Assembly (NCBI GenBank): GCA_963708075.1
Contig: OY970194.1
Span: 576,001 to 640,000, forward strand
From: Sedimentisphaerales bacterium
GTDB lineage: Bacteria > Planctomycetota > Phycisphaerae > Sedimentisphaerales > Anaerobacaceae
Direction of reading: 5' to 3'
DNA: 64,000 nucleotides
Both the position numbers and the translations under genes were made by a program. A model generated the notes under the pieces. That model was not told the DNA's origin and made no database searches. It worked only from the letters and a program-made list of their open reading frames with translations. This document shows, piece by piece, positions 25,636 to 35,750 of the stretch (positions are counted from its first letter, which is position 1; each line of letters opens with the position of its first letter).

Positions 25636-27216
25636 ATGAACACATCAAAGAGCATCGTGGGGGCACTAGTGATCGTGGTTGCGCTTGCCGGGGTTGGGTT
25701 CGCCAACTGGGCTGACTCGTTCGACGGCGGTAAGCTCAACCTGACGACGTGGCAGTTCCTATCGTTTCCCCAGGTGACCGGCACGTTCAAGCAGACATTC
25801 CCGGCCGGGGAGGGCGGGAACAACTATCTCGCCTTCACGGAAACCATGACTTCCAGTAAGGGAGGGGCTGCGTTCGGCGCCGGTTTCGGCAGCAGTGAGA
25901 AGTTCAAGGACGTCCGCGTCGGCGCAACGGTGAACGTGGCTGGCGATGCTTGCCACAACTACTACGGGTTGCTCGCTCGCGCCAGCTACTTCGTGGACCC
26001 GGACGGCAAGCTGACCGGCGTGGCGCCCGGCGTGGTCTCCGACTGCTACATCATGCACATCAGCTATGCGTACGGTCCGGCCAACCTGAGCCTCGATCTG
26101 GAGAAGGTGGTCCAGAACCAGAACATCATGGACGGTCCGGACATTGGGGTTGTGATCCCTCGCCTGGAGAACGCGAGAAGCTACTACGCGGAGCTCGAGG
26201 TCGTTGGGGCTGGTCCGGTGTATGTGACGGGACGCCTCTATGAGTTCAAGGGCGGCCCGCTCGTGGCTCAGACTCCCACGATGGTCGACACCGATGCGAA
26301 AGACCCCTGGGAGGACGCCAACAAGCGAGATAAGGTGTTCACCGAGGGCATCAGCGGTATTTTCGCCCAGAACGAGGATGACGTGCCGGTAGGCTTTTAT
26401 ATCACGTGGGACGACGTGTCCTCCGTCTCCGATGGCCCGACGGCGGTGCTCGTGAGCCCGGCCGACGGCGCTACTGGCGTCGCGACGAACGCGGATCTAA
26501 GCTGGATCGAGGCCGCCTTTGCCACCGGCCGGGAGGTCTGGTTTGGTCCAGCGGGCAACATGCAGAAGGTGTCGCCAGACCCGGCAAAGGGCAGCTTTGA
26601 TCCTGGGATGCTCCTGCCCAATCAGACCTACGAGTGGCGTGTCGATCAGGTCGGTGCGAAGGCGACTGTGGAGGGACATACCTGGCGATTCACCACCGGC
26701 AACGCCATTTCCGTTGAGGATTTTGAGTCCTACGCGGATAGTTCCCAGATTGCCGCCGCATGGCCTCACAATATCACGGGCTACGATTATGTCCTCCTTG
26801 AGACCGCCACGATCAATCAGGGGGCAAAGGCCATGGCGTTAGGCCTCCAGAATCAGTATGAGCCGTTCTTTACCGAGGCCACCCGCACGTTTGCGGCGGC
26901 GCAGGACTGGACGGTGGGCGGCGCCGATCGGCTCTCCATTTCGTTCCGCGGCAAGAGGGACAATGTCGAGCAGAAGGTGTATGTGAGGGTGGAAGACGCC
27001 GCCGGCAAGCAGGCGACCGTTGCCCATCCGTTTCTGTTTGCGATCCAGACGGAGTACTGGCGCACCTGGGACATTGCTCTCACGGAGTTTGCGGGCGTGG
27101 ACCTGAAGACCGTCACGAAGCTGACCATTGCCGCCGGAACCGGCACTGACTCGGGTCAGGCGGATAAGGATGAGGATACGCTTTACATCGACAACATCCG
27201 CCTGTCTCTTCCGTAA
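25636..27216 (+). CDS. Secreted multidomain beta-sandwich protein of unknown function
   Basis: Signal peptide; lectin-like N-domain, 'SPADGATGV...LSW...YEWRVD' Ig/Fn3-like module, C-terminal 'VEDFESY...LYIDNIRL' CBM-like domain. Confidence 0.7.
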   Translation: MNTSKSIVGALVIVVALAGVGFANWADSFDGGKLNLTTWQFLSFPQVTGTFKQTFPAGEGGNNYLAFTETMTSSKGGAAFGAGFGSSEKFKDVRVGATVNVAGDACHNYYGLLARASYFVDPDGKLTGVAPGVVSDCYIMHISYAYGPANLSLDLEKVVQNQNIMDGPDIGVVIPRLENARSYYAELEVVGAGPVYVTGRLYEFKGGPLVAQTPTMVDTDAKDPWEDANKRDKVFTEGISGIFAQNEDDVPVGFYITWDDVSSVSDGPTAVLVSPADGATGVATNADLSWIEAAFATGREVWFGPAGNMQKVSPDPAKGSFDPGMLLPNQTYEWRVDQVGAKATVEGHTWRFTTGNAISVEDFESYADSSQIAAAWPHNITGYDYVLLETATINQGAKAMALGLQNQYEPFFTEATRTFAAAQDWTVGGADRLSISFRGKRDNVEQKVYVRVEDAAGKQATVAHPFLFAIQTEYWRTWDIALTEFAGVDLKTVTKLTIAAGTGTDSGQADKDEDTLYIDNIRLSLP

Positions 27217-27258
27217 CAGGTCCGGGTCGATAGACGTAGTACTCAATGTGCTTTGAAC

Positions 27259-27302
27259 TTGCGGCAGGGCGATCATGAGTTCGCCCTGCCGCAATTGTTT
27301 TT
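27259..27302 (+). terminator. Rho-independent terminator between convergent genes
   Basis: 14-bp perfect stem TTGCGGCAGGGCGA/TCGCCCTGCCGCAA followed by TTGTTTTT. Confidence 0.8.
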
Positions 27303-27311
27303 CACGTCTGA

Positions 27312-28883
27312 TTACTTCTCGATCTCCAGCACGACGACCGATTTGGCAGGGAGCCTGGCTTCAAAGCCGCCGTCTGTGACCTTGGCGTCGTTAAACACGG
27401 CGGGCTGAACGATGTTGGCGTTCTCGAAGGTGTTGTGTGCCGTGATTTCACCGGCCGTAAGGACTTGGCCGCTGATCCGCTTCGGAGCAAAGCCCCGCAC
27501 CTGTGCCTTGACGTTGACCGGGTTGTGCGGATCGATGTTGCACAATGACACGTGAATCTTGCCATCGCGGTCCTGGGAGGCGGAGACGTTCATCGCAGGC
27601 AACTTGTCCGCCTCGAACGTGTAGTCGGGGCCGGTCAGCTCCGTGGGCAGCAGCGTCGCGTCATGGTGGACCGTGTAGAGGTAATACACGTAATAGGTCG
27701 GCGTCAGGACCATTTTGGGGCCGTCCGTCAGGATCATCGCCTGAAGGACGTTTACAGTCTGGGCGATGTTTGCCATTTCGACCCGGTCGCAGCGGCTGTT
27801 GAAGATGTTGAGCGTCAGACCCGCCACCAGGGCGTCGCGTAGCGAATTCTGCTGGTAGAGGAATCCCGGGTTCGTGCCGGGCTCAACGTTGTGCCACACG
27901 CCCCACTCATCGACCAGCAGGGCGATGCGTTTCCGCGGGTCATGCTTGTCCATGATGGCGGTGTGCCTGGTGACAAGGGTTTCCATTTCGGTCGCACGAC
28001 GCATGGTGGCATGCCACAGTGCTTCATCGAACTGCGTGGCCGAGCCTTTGTTCCCCCAGTTCCCGGTTGGGACCGTGTAGTAATGCAGCGCCAGTCCATT
28101 CATGCGTCCTCCCACATTCGCCATCATCACCTCGGTCCAGTCGTAGTTGGCGTCGCTGGGGCCGCAGGCGATCTTGAAGAGGCGGTTCTCGCCGAAGTTG
28201 CGCACGTAGGTCTGATATCGCTTGTATTGGTCGGCGTAGAACTGAGCCGTCATGTTGCCCCCGCAGCCCCAGTTCTCATTGCCGACCCCGAAGTACCGTA
28301 GCTTCCAGGGCTTATCGCGGCCGTTCTGCCGGCGCAGGTCGGCCATCGGGCTCTTGCCGTCGAACGTGATATACTCGACCCAGTCGGCCATCTCCTCGAC
28401 GGTGCCGCTGCCGAGGTTGCCGCAGATATAGGGCTCGCAGCTTAACTGCTCGCACAGGTCCATGAACTCGTGCGTGCCGAAATGGTTGTTCTCCGTCACG
28501 CCGCCCCAGTGTGTATTGACCATCGTAGGCCGTTTCTCCCGCGGGCCGATGCCGTCTTTCCAGTGGTACTCATCGGCGAAGCAGCCGCCCGGCCAGCGAA
28601 GGACCGGGATCTTGATCGCCCGCAGGGCCTGAACGACGTCATTGCGGATGCCTCGCGTGTTCGGGATAGAGCTGTTCTCGCCGACCCAGAAGCCCTCGTA
28701 GATGCAACGGCCCAAATGCTCGGCGAAATGGCCGTAGATGCTCCGATTGATAGTCTCCTTGCCCTGGTCGGCCCGGATGGTAAGTTGGGCCGTCTTGTCT
28801 TGTGCTGCCGCCGGACAGGCGGACAAAGCAAGGGCAATCGTGAGACTGACCATGCAAGCTGCGGTTCTTCCTGAGACTGTCAT
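27312..28883 (-). CDS. abfA: Alpha-L-arabinofuranosidase (GH51), secreted
   Basis: [52 protein letters not shown] before ATG 28883. Confidence 0.93.
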   Translation of the reverse strand: MTVSGRTAACMVSLTIALALSACPAAAQDKTAQLTIRADQGKETINRSIYGHFAEHLGRCIYEGFWVGENSSIPNTRGIRNDVVQALRAIKIPVLRWPGGCFADEYHWKDGIGPREKRPTMVNTHWGGVTENNHFGTHEFMDLCEQLSCEPYICGNLGSGTVEEMADWVEYITFDGKSPMADLRRQNGRDKPWKLRYFGVGNENWGCGGNMTAQFYADQYKRYQTYVRNFGENRLFKIACGPSDANYDWTEVMMANVGGRMNGLALHYYTVPTGNWGNKGSATQFDEALWHATMRRATEMETLVTRHTAIMDKHDPRKRIALLVDEWGVWHNVEPGTNPGFLYQQNSLRDALVAGLTLNIFNSRCDRVEMANIAQTVNVLQAMILTDGPKMVLTPTYYVYYLYTVHHDATLLPTELTGPDYTFEADKLPAMNVSASQDRDGKIHVSLCNIDPHNPVNVKAQVRGFAPKRISGQVLTAGEITAHNTFENANIVQPAVFNDAKVTDGGFEARLPAKSVVVLEIEK

Positions 28884-28921
28884 ACGATTCTCCTCTGACT
28901 TGTGAAGTGGTGACACTCCAG

Positions 28922-30145
28922 TTATGGCGTCTTCTCGGCGGACCAGGCCTGATCACCCGGCCGGGCTCCAGTCGCAGAATCACCCATCGTCAACGTCCTG
29001 AAGTTCTTGAACCTGTGGAATGTCAGGTAGTTGGCGTCATGCTGGCGGGGCGCCGCGGATGCGTCCTGGCCGTACGCGGTTCGTGAGGCGGCGATGATGT
29101 CTTCGCCTTCGAACAGCCAGTCCAGGTACTGAAATCCGTGCCGGTCCACGTCAGGATGGTAGAGAACGATGCAGCGAATCTCCCACTGGCGCAGATCGCC
29201 GGACCGCATCAGGGCCACGGCATTTCGTACCCGGGCCGGGTCCGGGTCCTTATGCCGTGGCAGGACAGGATTCGACAGACTCCAATACGTCTTCGCGCCT
29301 GGGTCGTAGCGGATGGTGAACTTCTTGCTGCCGCCGGGGAACGCGACAAAATCCGTTCCGGGATCGAACGAGGCTTGTCTGCCATCTCTGCTAACCCTGA
29401 TGATGGCGGCTCTCTCACCCTCCGGACGGTAGTCCACGCGGAGGATGTCTACGATTTCCCCTTCGGGCGTCACGACGGCGTTGCCCTCGAGCCAGCCTCC
29501 AAACTTGCCCTCCAGCCAGTGCGGGTCGCGGCCTATGCGGTTGCTCGAAACCCAGTTGTTGGCGTCAAGCAGGTTGGCATCGGCCGGTGCGGACATCATG
29601 AAGGCGCGGAAGTGGGTTCCCCAGCCGCCGGGACCCATGGCATTCTCCATGCCGCGCCAGATGCGGCCGCGGTGGACCACCACGGGGACCGGCGCACAAT
29701 GGTACTTGGCGTCGTCCAAAAGCAGGCCGCAGCTTCTGTCCTTCGGCGACGTCCAGGTCCTCCCGCCATCACTGGAACGGCTGATAACGGCAAAACCGTG
29801 GTTTCTGCTGGTTCCCATGAGGTACACGTCCGGGCCCACGACAAAGATGCTGGCCCAGTACATGCCCTTGACTGTCGCCAGGCGTGACCACGTCGCGCCC
29901 CGGTCGGCCGACCGGAAGACCGGGGTGACGGCCACATCTCGCTCCGTGGACCTTGGTCCGAACTCGTCATGCTTGGCGAGGTAGTCGCTGTTGGGAAGAA
30001 CCGCGATCCCCGGAGAGCCTATATACACCCTGGCTGAGGATGGAATGTGGTTGATCAGGACGCCGGGGACTTCCTCTGAGCCTGCTGGTGCGAGGCTCAC
30101 CAGGAGCAGAATGAGTGAAGAGCATGTGGCGTTCCGTCGAAACAT
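28922..30145 (-). CDS. BNR/Asp-box beta-propeller protein (exo-alpha-sialidase-like)
   Basis: Signal peptide; Asp boxes SADRGATW and [24 protein letters not shown]. Confidence 0.75.
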   Translation of the reverse strand: MFRRNATCSSLILLLVSLAPAGSEEVPGVLINHIPSSARVYIGSPGIAVLPNSDYLAKHDEFGPRSTERDVAVTPVFRSADRGATWSRLATVKGMYWASIFVVGPDVYLMGTSRNHGFAVISRSSDGGRTWTSPKDRSCGLLLDDAKYHCAPVPVVVHRGRIWRGMENAMGPGGWGTHFRAFMMSAPADANLLDANNWVSSNRIGRDPHWLEGKFGGWLEGNAVVTPEGEIVDILRVDYRPEGERAAIIRVSRDGRQASFDPGTDFVAFPGGSKKFTIRYDPGAKTYWSLSNPVLPRHKDPDPARVRNAVALMRSGDLRQWEIRCIVLYHPDVDRHGFQYLDWLFEGEDIIAASRTAYGQDASAAPRQHDANYLTFHRFKNFRTLTMGDSATGARPGDQAWSAEKTP

Positions 30146-30470
30146 CCGGTGGTTCCCCGTCCTTTCTGGCTGTCCGGGGCGTCGCCGGACAGCCGCGTGC
30201 CATGACGGGAATGAGTATAGTCGTGCTGTGGCCCGGCAGAAAGTACAAAAAATCACGAAACCGGCATTATACATATGTCATTGACAGGCGGGTTTTGGTA
30301 TACTATGCCCGTTTGTGGGTCCATCGCAGGAACAATCCTGTGGCAACATATGGTGAGGAGAGCGCGATTGGTTCCATCGCAGCCCGGGCGGCCCGTTCGG
30401 TGGCTCAAGTGACGAACGATGAGAGGCCCGCCGGATGGATGAGCAGTCTTAGAAAACGTGGAGATGGAAA

Positions 30471-31709
30471 ATGGTTGGCAAGAGTGTTCTGGTCGCTTTG
30501 GTGATTTGTCTTGTCAGTGTTCCGATGTGGGCGGCGGAAGAAGCCAAGCCGCCAGAAGCCAAGCCCTTCCGAATCGGCATGATCGGCCTCGACACGTCGC
30601 ACGTCACGGAATTCACGAAGTTGATCAATGATGCTCAGAAGAATTACGGCTGCAAAGTCGTGGCGGGTTACCCCGGCGGCTCTGCCGACATAGAGGCCTC
30701 GGCCAGCCGCGTCCCGGGATTCACGGCCGAGATGAAAGACAAGTATGGCGTGGAGATCGTCGGCACGATCGAAGAGCTTTGCCAGAAGGTGGACGGCGTC
30801 ATGCTGGAGAGCGTGGACGGGCGGCCCCACCTGGAGCAGGTCCGGCCGGTGCTCGCCGCGAAGAAGCCGGTCTTCATCGACAAGCCCGTGGCCGGCAGTC
30901 TCCCCCACGTATTGGAGATCTTCCGCCTGGCCAGGGAAGCCGGAGTGCCGTGCTGGTCCAGCTCGTCCCTGCGGTACACTCCTGCCATCAAAGGGGTGAA
31001 GAGCCGCGAGGAAGTCGGCGATATTCTGGGCTGCGATGCCTTCAGTCCGTGCAGTCTCGAGCCGCATCATCCGGACCTCTACTGGTACGGCGTCCACGGG
31101 GTGGAGATTCTGTTCACTGTCATGGGCACCGGATGCGAGTCCGTGCAACGCGTCCAGACGGATGGCTATGAGTGCGTTGTCGGGGTCTGGAAGGGCGGCC
31201 GGGTCGGCACCTTCCGCGGGCTGCGCGCGGGCAGACTCGACTACGGCGCCTTGGTCTTCGGCGCCAAGGGCATCGTCCGGGTTGGCAACAACGTAGGCTA
31301 CGAGCCCCTGATCGAGGAAGTCGTGAAGTTCTTCAAGACCGGCCAGGTTCCCGTGCCTCCGGAAGAGACGATTGAGATCTTCGCGTTCATGAGCGCCGCC
31401 GACGAATCGAAGGCGCAGAACGGTGCCCGTGTGACATTGGCCTCAGTCCTTGAAAAGGCCCAGAAGGGATTGCCGGCCCCCGCACCAGCCCCTGCGCCTG
31501 CGGCCGCACCGGCGACGCCTGCACCCGCACCTGCACCTGCAACGCCTGCACCGGCGCCAGCGACGCCTGCGCCTGCACCCGCGACGCCTGCTCCAGCGCC
31601 TGCACCGGCGACGCCTGCACCTGCACCGGCGACGCCTGCTCCTGCGCCGGCGACGCCTGCGCCTGCACCCGCGACGCCTGCTCCAGCGCCTGCACCGGCA
31701 CCAAAATAG
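30471..31709 (+). CDS. Sec-exported Gfo/Idh/MocA oxidoreductase with Pro/Ala/Thr-rich tail
   Basis: GMIGLDTSH, PVFIDKP, SSSSLRY, YWYGVHGVE; C-terminal (PA)nT repeats. Confidence 0.85.
   Translation: MVGKSVLVALVICLVSVPMWAAEEAKPPEAKPFRIGMIGLDTSHVTEFTKLINDAQKNYGCKVVAGYPGGSADIEASASRVPGFTAEMKDKYGVEIVGTIEELCQKVDGVMLESVDGRPHLEQVRPVLAAKKPVFIDKPVAGSLPHVLEIFRLAREAGVPCWSSSSLRYTPAIKGVKSREEVGDILGCDAFSPCSLEPHHPDLYWYGVHGVEILFTVMGTGCESVQRVQTDGYECVVGVWKGGRVGTFRGLRAGRLDYGALVFGAKGIVRVGNNVGYEPLIEEVVKFFKTGQVPVPPEETIEIFAFMSAADESKAQNGARVTLASVLEKAQKGLPAPAPAPAPAAAPATPAPAPAPATPAPAPATPAPAPATPAPAPAPATPAPAPATPAPAPATPAPAPATPAPAPAPAPK
31473..31703 (+). repeat. Intragenic tandem repeat encoding (PAPAPAT)-like units
   Basis: Eight PATP units; exact 50-nt direct repeat at 31560-31609 and 31650-31699. 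Confidence 0.9.
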
Positions 31710-31719
31710 ATCAAGGGCC

Positions 31720-33051
31720 TCAGACCTCTTCGGGAACCGCCCAGGGCTCGCGGTATGTTCGCTTCAGGTGCTTATTGGCGTCTGGTGCATCGACAAACGT
31801 CTCCGTCTTGGGATCGAACGCGAGCTTCCGATTCCCGGTGAGATAGGAGATGTTCGCCATGTGGCACAGCAGGGCCGAATAGTGGCCTTGCTCGACGTCC
31901 GCGTTTGGTTTCTCCCGCGTGCGGACGCACTGGATGAAGTTGTCCTGGTGCCATTTGTCGCCTTGCCGGCCGTAGCGGAAATCGATGACCTTGCCGTCGG
32001 CGTCGTAGATTTGCCAACCGCCTCCGTGCCGGCCAAGGTACATCATGCCCTTCGTCCCCAGGACCTCGATCCTCGTGGCGCAGAACGGCCAATCGGGGAA
32101 CAGATCACCATCGCGGATGTTCGTCGCTATCTTCTTCATATAGGGCGTCCAGAGCGCGGACTCGAAGAGGAGCGTGAAGTTCCTGTAATCGAAAAGGGCT
32201 AGTTGCGTGTCGGGGATCTCGCGACCGTCACGCAAGGCTCGAACGCCGCCGCTGTGGGCTACCGTGTCCGGGTAGGGCTTGTCGCCGAAGAGCGTGCGCG
32301 CTAAGTCCAACTGGTGAATGGCATCGCCCGGGATCGGGCCGCAGCTATATTCCCACTGGTTCAACCATGATCGGCTGGGGTTGTACGGCAGCTTCGGCGC
32401 GGGGCCGCACCAGAGATCGTAGTCGAATCCCTGCGGCACCGGCTGGACAGACCCCTCCCTCATCGGTGAATGCTGCATCATGTTGAACACCCGGATCAAG
32501 TGCACGTCCCCGAGTTTGCCGCTGCGGATTTGCTCCGCCGCATCCTTGGCATAGGGCGAGCTCCGCGTCTGCATGCCGACCTGGACGACGCGCTTGTACT
32601 TGCGTGCCGCCTCGATCATCTTGCGCCCCTCCCACGCGTTGTGGGCGAGCGGCTTCTCCACGTACACGTCCTTGCCGGCCTGGCAGGCCAAGATCGTCCC
32701 GAGCGCGTGCCAGTGGTCGGGTGTCGCGTTGATCAGGACGTCCACGTTCTTGTCATCGAGGATTCGCCGGAAGTCCTGCACCGCCTGCGGCTGCTTGCCC
32801 TGTGCTTGCGTGACGGCCTGGCTCGCTTGCGGGAGTCGCCGGCTGTCCGGGTCGCTGAGGTAGGCAATCTCGACATCCTGACGAGCGGCAAACATCTTCG
32901 TCAGTTGCGTTCCCCGACCGCCAAGTCCCATGACGCCGATAATGACTTTGTCGCTCGCTGCACGGCTCCGACGCTGCGGCAGCATCGCCGCCATCGTCGC
33001 CGCTCCGAGTGAGCCTCTCAAAAACTCCCTGCGATTCACCGGTCCCATCAT
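31720..33051 (-). CDS. Tat-exported Gfo/Idh/MocA oxidoreductase
   Basis: NRREFLR; GLGGRG; ATPDHWH; GKDVYVEKP; IHQLD. Confidence 0.9.
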   Translation of the reverse strand: MMGPVNRREFLRGSLGAATMAAMLPQRRSRAASDKVIIGVMGLGGRGTQLTKMFAARQDVEIAYLSDPDSRRLPQASQAVTQAQGKQPQAVQDFRRILDDKNVDVLINATPDHWHALGTILACQAGKDVYVEKPLAHNAWEGRKMIEAARKYKRVVQVGMQTRSSPYAKDAAEQIRSGKLGDVHLIRVFNMMQHSPMREGSVQPVPQGFDYDLWCGPAPKLPYNPSRSWLNQWEYSCGPIPGDAIHQLDLARTLFGDKPYPDTVAHSGGVRALRDGREIPDTQLALFDYRNFTLLFESALWTPYMKKIATNIRDGDLFPDWPFCATRIEVLGTKGMMYLGRHGGGWQIYDADGKVIDFRYGRQGDKWHQDNFIQCVRTREKPNADVEQGHYSALLCHMANISYLTGNRKLAFDPKTETFVDAPDANKHLKRTYREPWAVPEEV

Positions 33052-33106
33052 ATTCTCCTTGATCTATACTCTTTGACGTTATTGAGCCTCAGACGGCCAA
33101 TCCGAC

Positions 33107-33196
33107 TCTCCGGGTGGCAGCGTCAAAGCCGAAGGCCTTGGCGATGGCGTTCTGTAAGCGGCCGTAAGACCATCGCTTGACGCTGCCACCCGGAGA
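33107..33196. repeat. REP-like palindromic element, family B copy 2
   Basis: Perfect 20-bp IR TCTCCGGGTGGCAGCGTCAA...TTGACGCTGCCACCCGGAGA; shares ends and inner CGATGGCGT with 18520-18613. Confidence 0.75.
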
Positions 33197-33215
33197 TCAA
33201 TAAACAGCTCAGCCT

Positions 33216-34544
33216 CTACCTGGCCTTTGATGCACGCTTATCCTCGATCTGCACCTTTGTCTGGATCGTATTGTCCTGCAAATCCAGCTTGCCGACCCGT
33301 TCCTCCACGAGGATGCCGATATCCGGGCTCTCACTGCCGCTTTGTCGGGTGTCCCGTATGGTGTTTCTGACGAACGTCAGGTCGTTCACTTCACCGCGGA
33401 TTCGGATTTCCGCACCGCCGTTGTTCTCGATGGTGTTCTCCTCCAGGCGATTGCGGTGCGGGGCCATGCCGAGTGACTCGTTGCGGAAGAACACCCCGTG
33501 CTGCTTGTTCAGCCGGACCGTGTTGTGGCGGAGCAGGTTGTCGGAATCCTTGTGGCCGATGGAGATTCCGAACTGGCCGTTTCCTTCGAGAAGGTTGTCC
33601 TCGAAGATGCCGTGACGCACCCGCCAGCAGAGGAACAGTCCATCGGTTCCGTTTCGCCGTGCCGTGCAGTTGCGGACCGTCGGCCTTTGCGAGCCGCTGC
33701 CGGGATGAATTCCTAGGGCGGCATTGTCTTCGCTGACGCAATCCGTGACCATGACGTCGTTGGATTGCTGGAAGCTGATGCCGTCGCCGTTGTAGTTCCG
33801 GACCGTGCAGCCGCTGATGACAGTCCCGAACGCGCGATAGAGGAAGATACCCGCTCCCCGGCAGCCGTTGAGAGGCACATTGGCCTCCTTGTTGCCCTCG
33901 ATGGTGAGGTTCTCGATCCGCACGCCCTCGGTGTCGTACGCGCTGACCACCGGGAAGACGGTTGCCGCCTTGGCGCCGCCATCCACCATGCAGTCGGCCA
34001 TGAGCAGCTTGCTGATAGAGAAGGTATTGCCGTTCTGCCCGGTGATGCGGGCGACAGTCGTGTGAAAGCCACCGGCATTCTTATCCCAGATTGCGACGCC
34101 GCAACCTGCCGCGAATCCGTTCGGGTCCTCAAGCGTGATCTGTTCCTCTCCGAAATCGCCATCAATGGCCAGGGCACAGACGGCCCCGGCGGCTTTTCGC
34201 AGGATGGTCTTGTCTTTGACGCCCCGGACGGTGACGTTCGGCCGCAGGTGCAGTGAATCGTGCATCATATACTCGCCCTCGCCGATCTCGACCGTGCCGC
34301 CTCCGAGCCCCGCCACATAATCCACGGCTGCCTGCAAGGCCCGGTTGTCGTTCCCGACCAGGTCCGCGTTCTTCAAGCCCACAGTGACGCGCGGAAGCTC
34401 GGCCATTGCGGAGTGCATCGCTCCTTGCACCTGTCTTTCCTGCGGCTTTGGTGAAAAGTCACGAGCCTCATTTCCTGCCGTCAGAGCGCAGACGGAGATA
34501 CATAGAATCGTCGCGACCAATGGGATGCGGGTCCTGCACGTCAT
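33216..34544 (-). CDS. Secreted right-handed parallel beta-helix protein (pectin-lyase-like fold)
   Basis: ALQAAVD...GGGTVEIGEGEY cap; repeated 'N..DGI' and 'N.IENN' coils. Confidence 0.8.
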   Translation of the reverse strand: MTCRTRIPLVATILCISVCALTAGNEARDFSPKPQERQVQGAMHSAMAELPRVTVGLKNADLVGNDNRALQAAVDYVAGLGGGTVEIGEGEYMMHDSLHLRPNVTVRGVKDKTILRKAAGAVCALAIDGDFGEEQITLEDPNGFAAGCGVAIWDKNAGGFHTTVARITGQNGNTFSISKLLMADCMVDGGAKAATVFPVVSAYDTEGVRIENLTIEGNKEANVPLNGCRGAGIFLYRAFGTVISGCTVRNYNGDGISFQQSNDVMVTDCVSEDNAALGIHPGSGSQRPTVRNCTARRNGTDGLFLCWRVRHGIFEDNLLEGNGQFGISIGHKDSDNLLRHNTVRLNKQHGVFFRNESLGMAPHRNRLEENTIENNGGAEIRIRGEVNDLTFVRNTIRDTRQSGSESPDIGILVEERVGKLDLQDNTIQTKVQIEDKRASKAR

Positions 34545-34719
34545 CGCTGGCCTCCCGAAAAAGCGGTTCTGTTGTCGGCCGTGGACTGTTACGCCAAATC
34601 GGGAGTGATTATGGAACCACGGAATACGTTTGTCAACGTTAGACGAATTCTTGACAAGTGGAGTTGGCCGGAGTACACGAGGCAGTGGAAATCTGCCGTG
34701 CTTCGGAGATCATTTGTCT

Positions 34720-35739
34720 ATGACAGACTTAGTCAGCGTGGATGAACGTGGGCTGGAAGGATTGCTTAGCGAGCCCGGTGCAGCCACCCGCGAGACCCTG
34801 AGCAAACTCAGTGGCGATATCGTCGTTCTGGGGGCGGGCGGCAAGATGGGGCCGACGCTGGCGATGATGCTGAAGAAGGCGGCGCCCGACAAGAAGATCT
34901 ACGCTGTGTCACGATTCAGTGATGGCCGGGTGAGGAATTGCATCGAAGAGAGCGGGATCGAGATCGTCGAGGCGGACCTGCTCGACGAATCCGTCTATGA
35001 CCATTTGCCCGATGTCCCGAACGTCTTCTTCCTGGCGGGGATGAAATTCGGCGCCGCGGGCAACCAGCCTCTCACGTGGGCCATGAACGCCTATGTGCCG
35101 GCTCTTGTTGCACGGAGGTACCGCCGGTCCCGAATTGTAGCCCTTTCGACCGGCAACGTTTATCCGTTCGTTGGTCTGCGAAGCGGCGGCTCCCGCGAGC
35201 AGGACACACCTGGCCCGGTCGGCGAATACGCGCAGTCGTGTCTCGCCCGTGAGAGAATCTTTCAGCATTTCTCCGAGCGCTTCGCCACGCCTGTGACCTT
35301 GATCCGGCTCAACTATGCCAACGAGCCGCGTTACGGCATCATCGTCGATTTGACGCTCAAGATTCTGCACGGCGACCCTATCGATGTCACTATGGGAGCT
35401 GTCAACTTGATCTGGCAAGCGGATGCCAACAAATACATCATTCGTGCGTCGAGTGTGGCCAAGAGCCCGCCGGCCATTCTGAACGTGACAGGCCCCGAGA
35501 CCGTGGCGATCCGCGACCTTGCCGGTCGGATTGGCCGACAGGTCGGCAGAGAGCCTCGCCTGGTTTCGCAGGAGGCGGTTACGGCGTTACTCTCAAACGC
35601 TTCAACCTGCTTTGAGACGTTCGGCCGTCCTGTGATGAGCCTGGACGATATGATCCGTGCCATTGTCCCATGGGTAGCCGCCGGCAAGCCGGTTCTGAGC
35701 AAGCCCACGAAGTACGGCGTGCGTGATGGTCGTTTCTGA
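34720..35739 (+). CDS. NAD-dependent epimerase/dehydratase family protein
   Basis: LGAGGKMG Rossmann motif; STGNVY; YAQSC; RLNYA. Confidence 0.85.
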   Translation: MTDLVSVDERGLEGLLSEPGAATRETLSKLSGDIVVLGAGGKMGPTLAMMLKKAAPDKKIYAVSRFSDGRVRNCIEESGIEIVEADLLDESVYDHLPDVPNVFFLAGMKFGAAGNQPLTWAMNAYVPALVARRYRRSRIVALSTGNVYPFVGLRSGGSREQDTPGPVGEYAQSCLARERIFQHFSERFATPVTLIRLNYANEPRYGIIVDLTLKILHGDPIDVTMGAVNLIWQADANKYIIRASSVAKSPPAILNVTGPETVAIRDLAGRIGRQVGREPRLVSQEAVTALLSNASTCFETFGRPVMSLDDMIRAIVPWVAAGKPVLSKPTKYGVRDGRF

Positions 35740-35750
35740 GAGGATGTCCA

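Noticed and set aside
25305..25823. N-terminal 173 codons of the 799-aa ORF
   Set aside because: Overlaps the divergent gene; strong SD and signal peptide support ATG 25304
30281..30306. TTGACA...TATACT sigma70 promoter
   Set aside because: Spacer is only 12-14 nt; not listed as a feature
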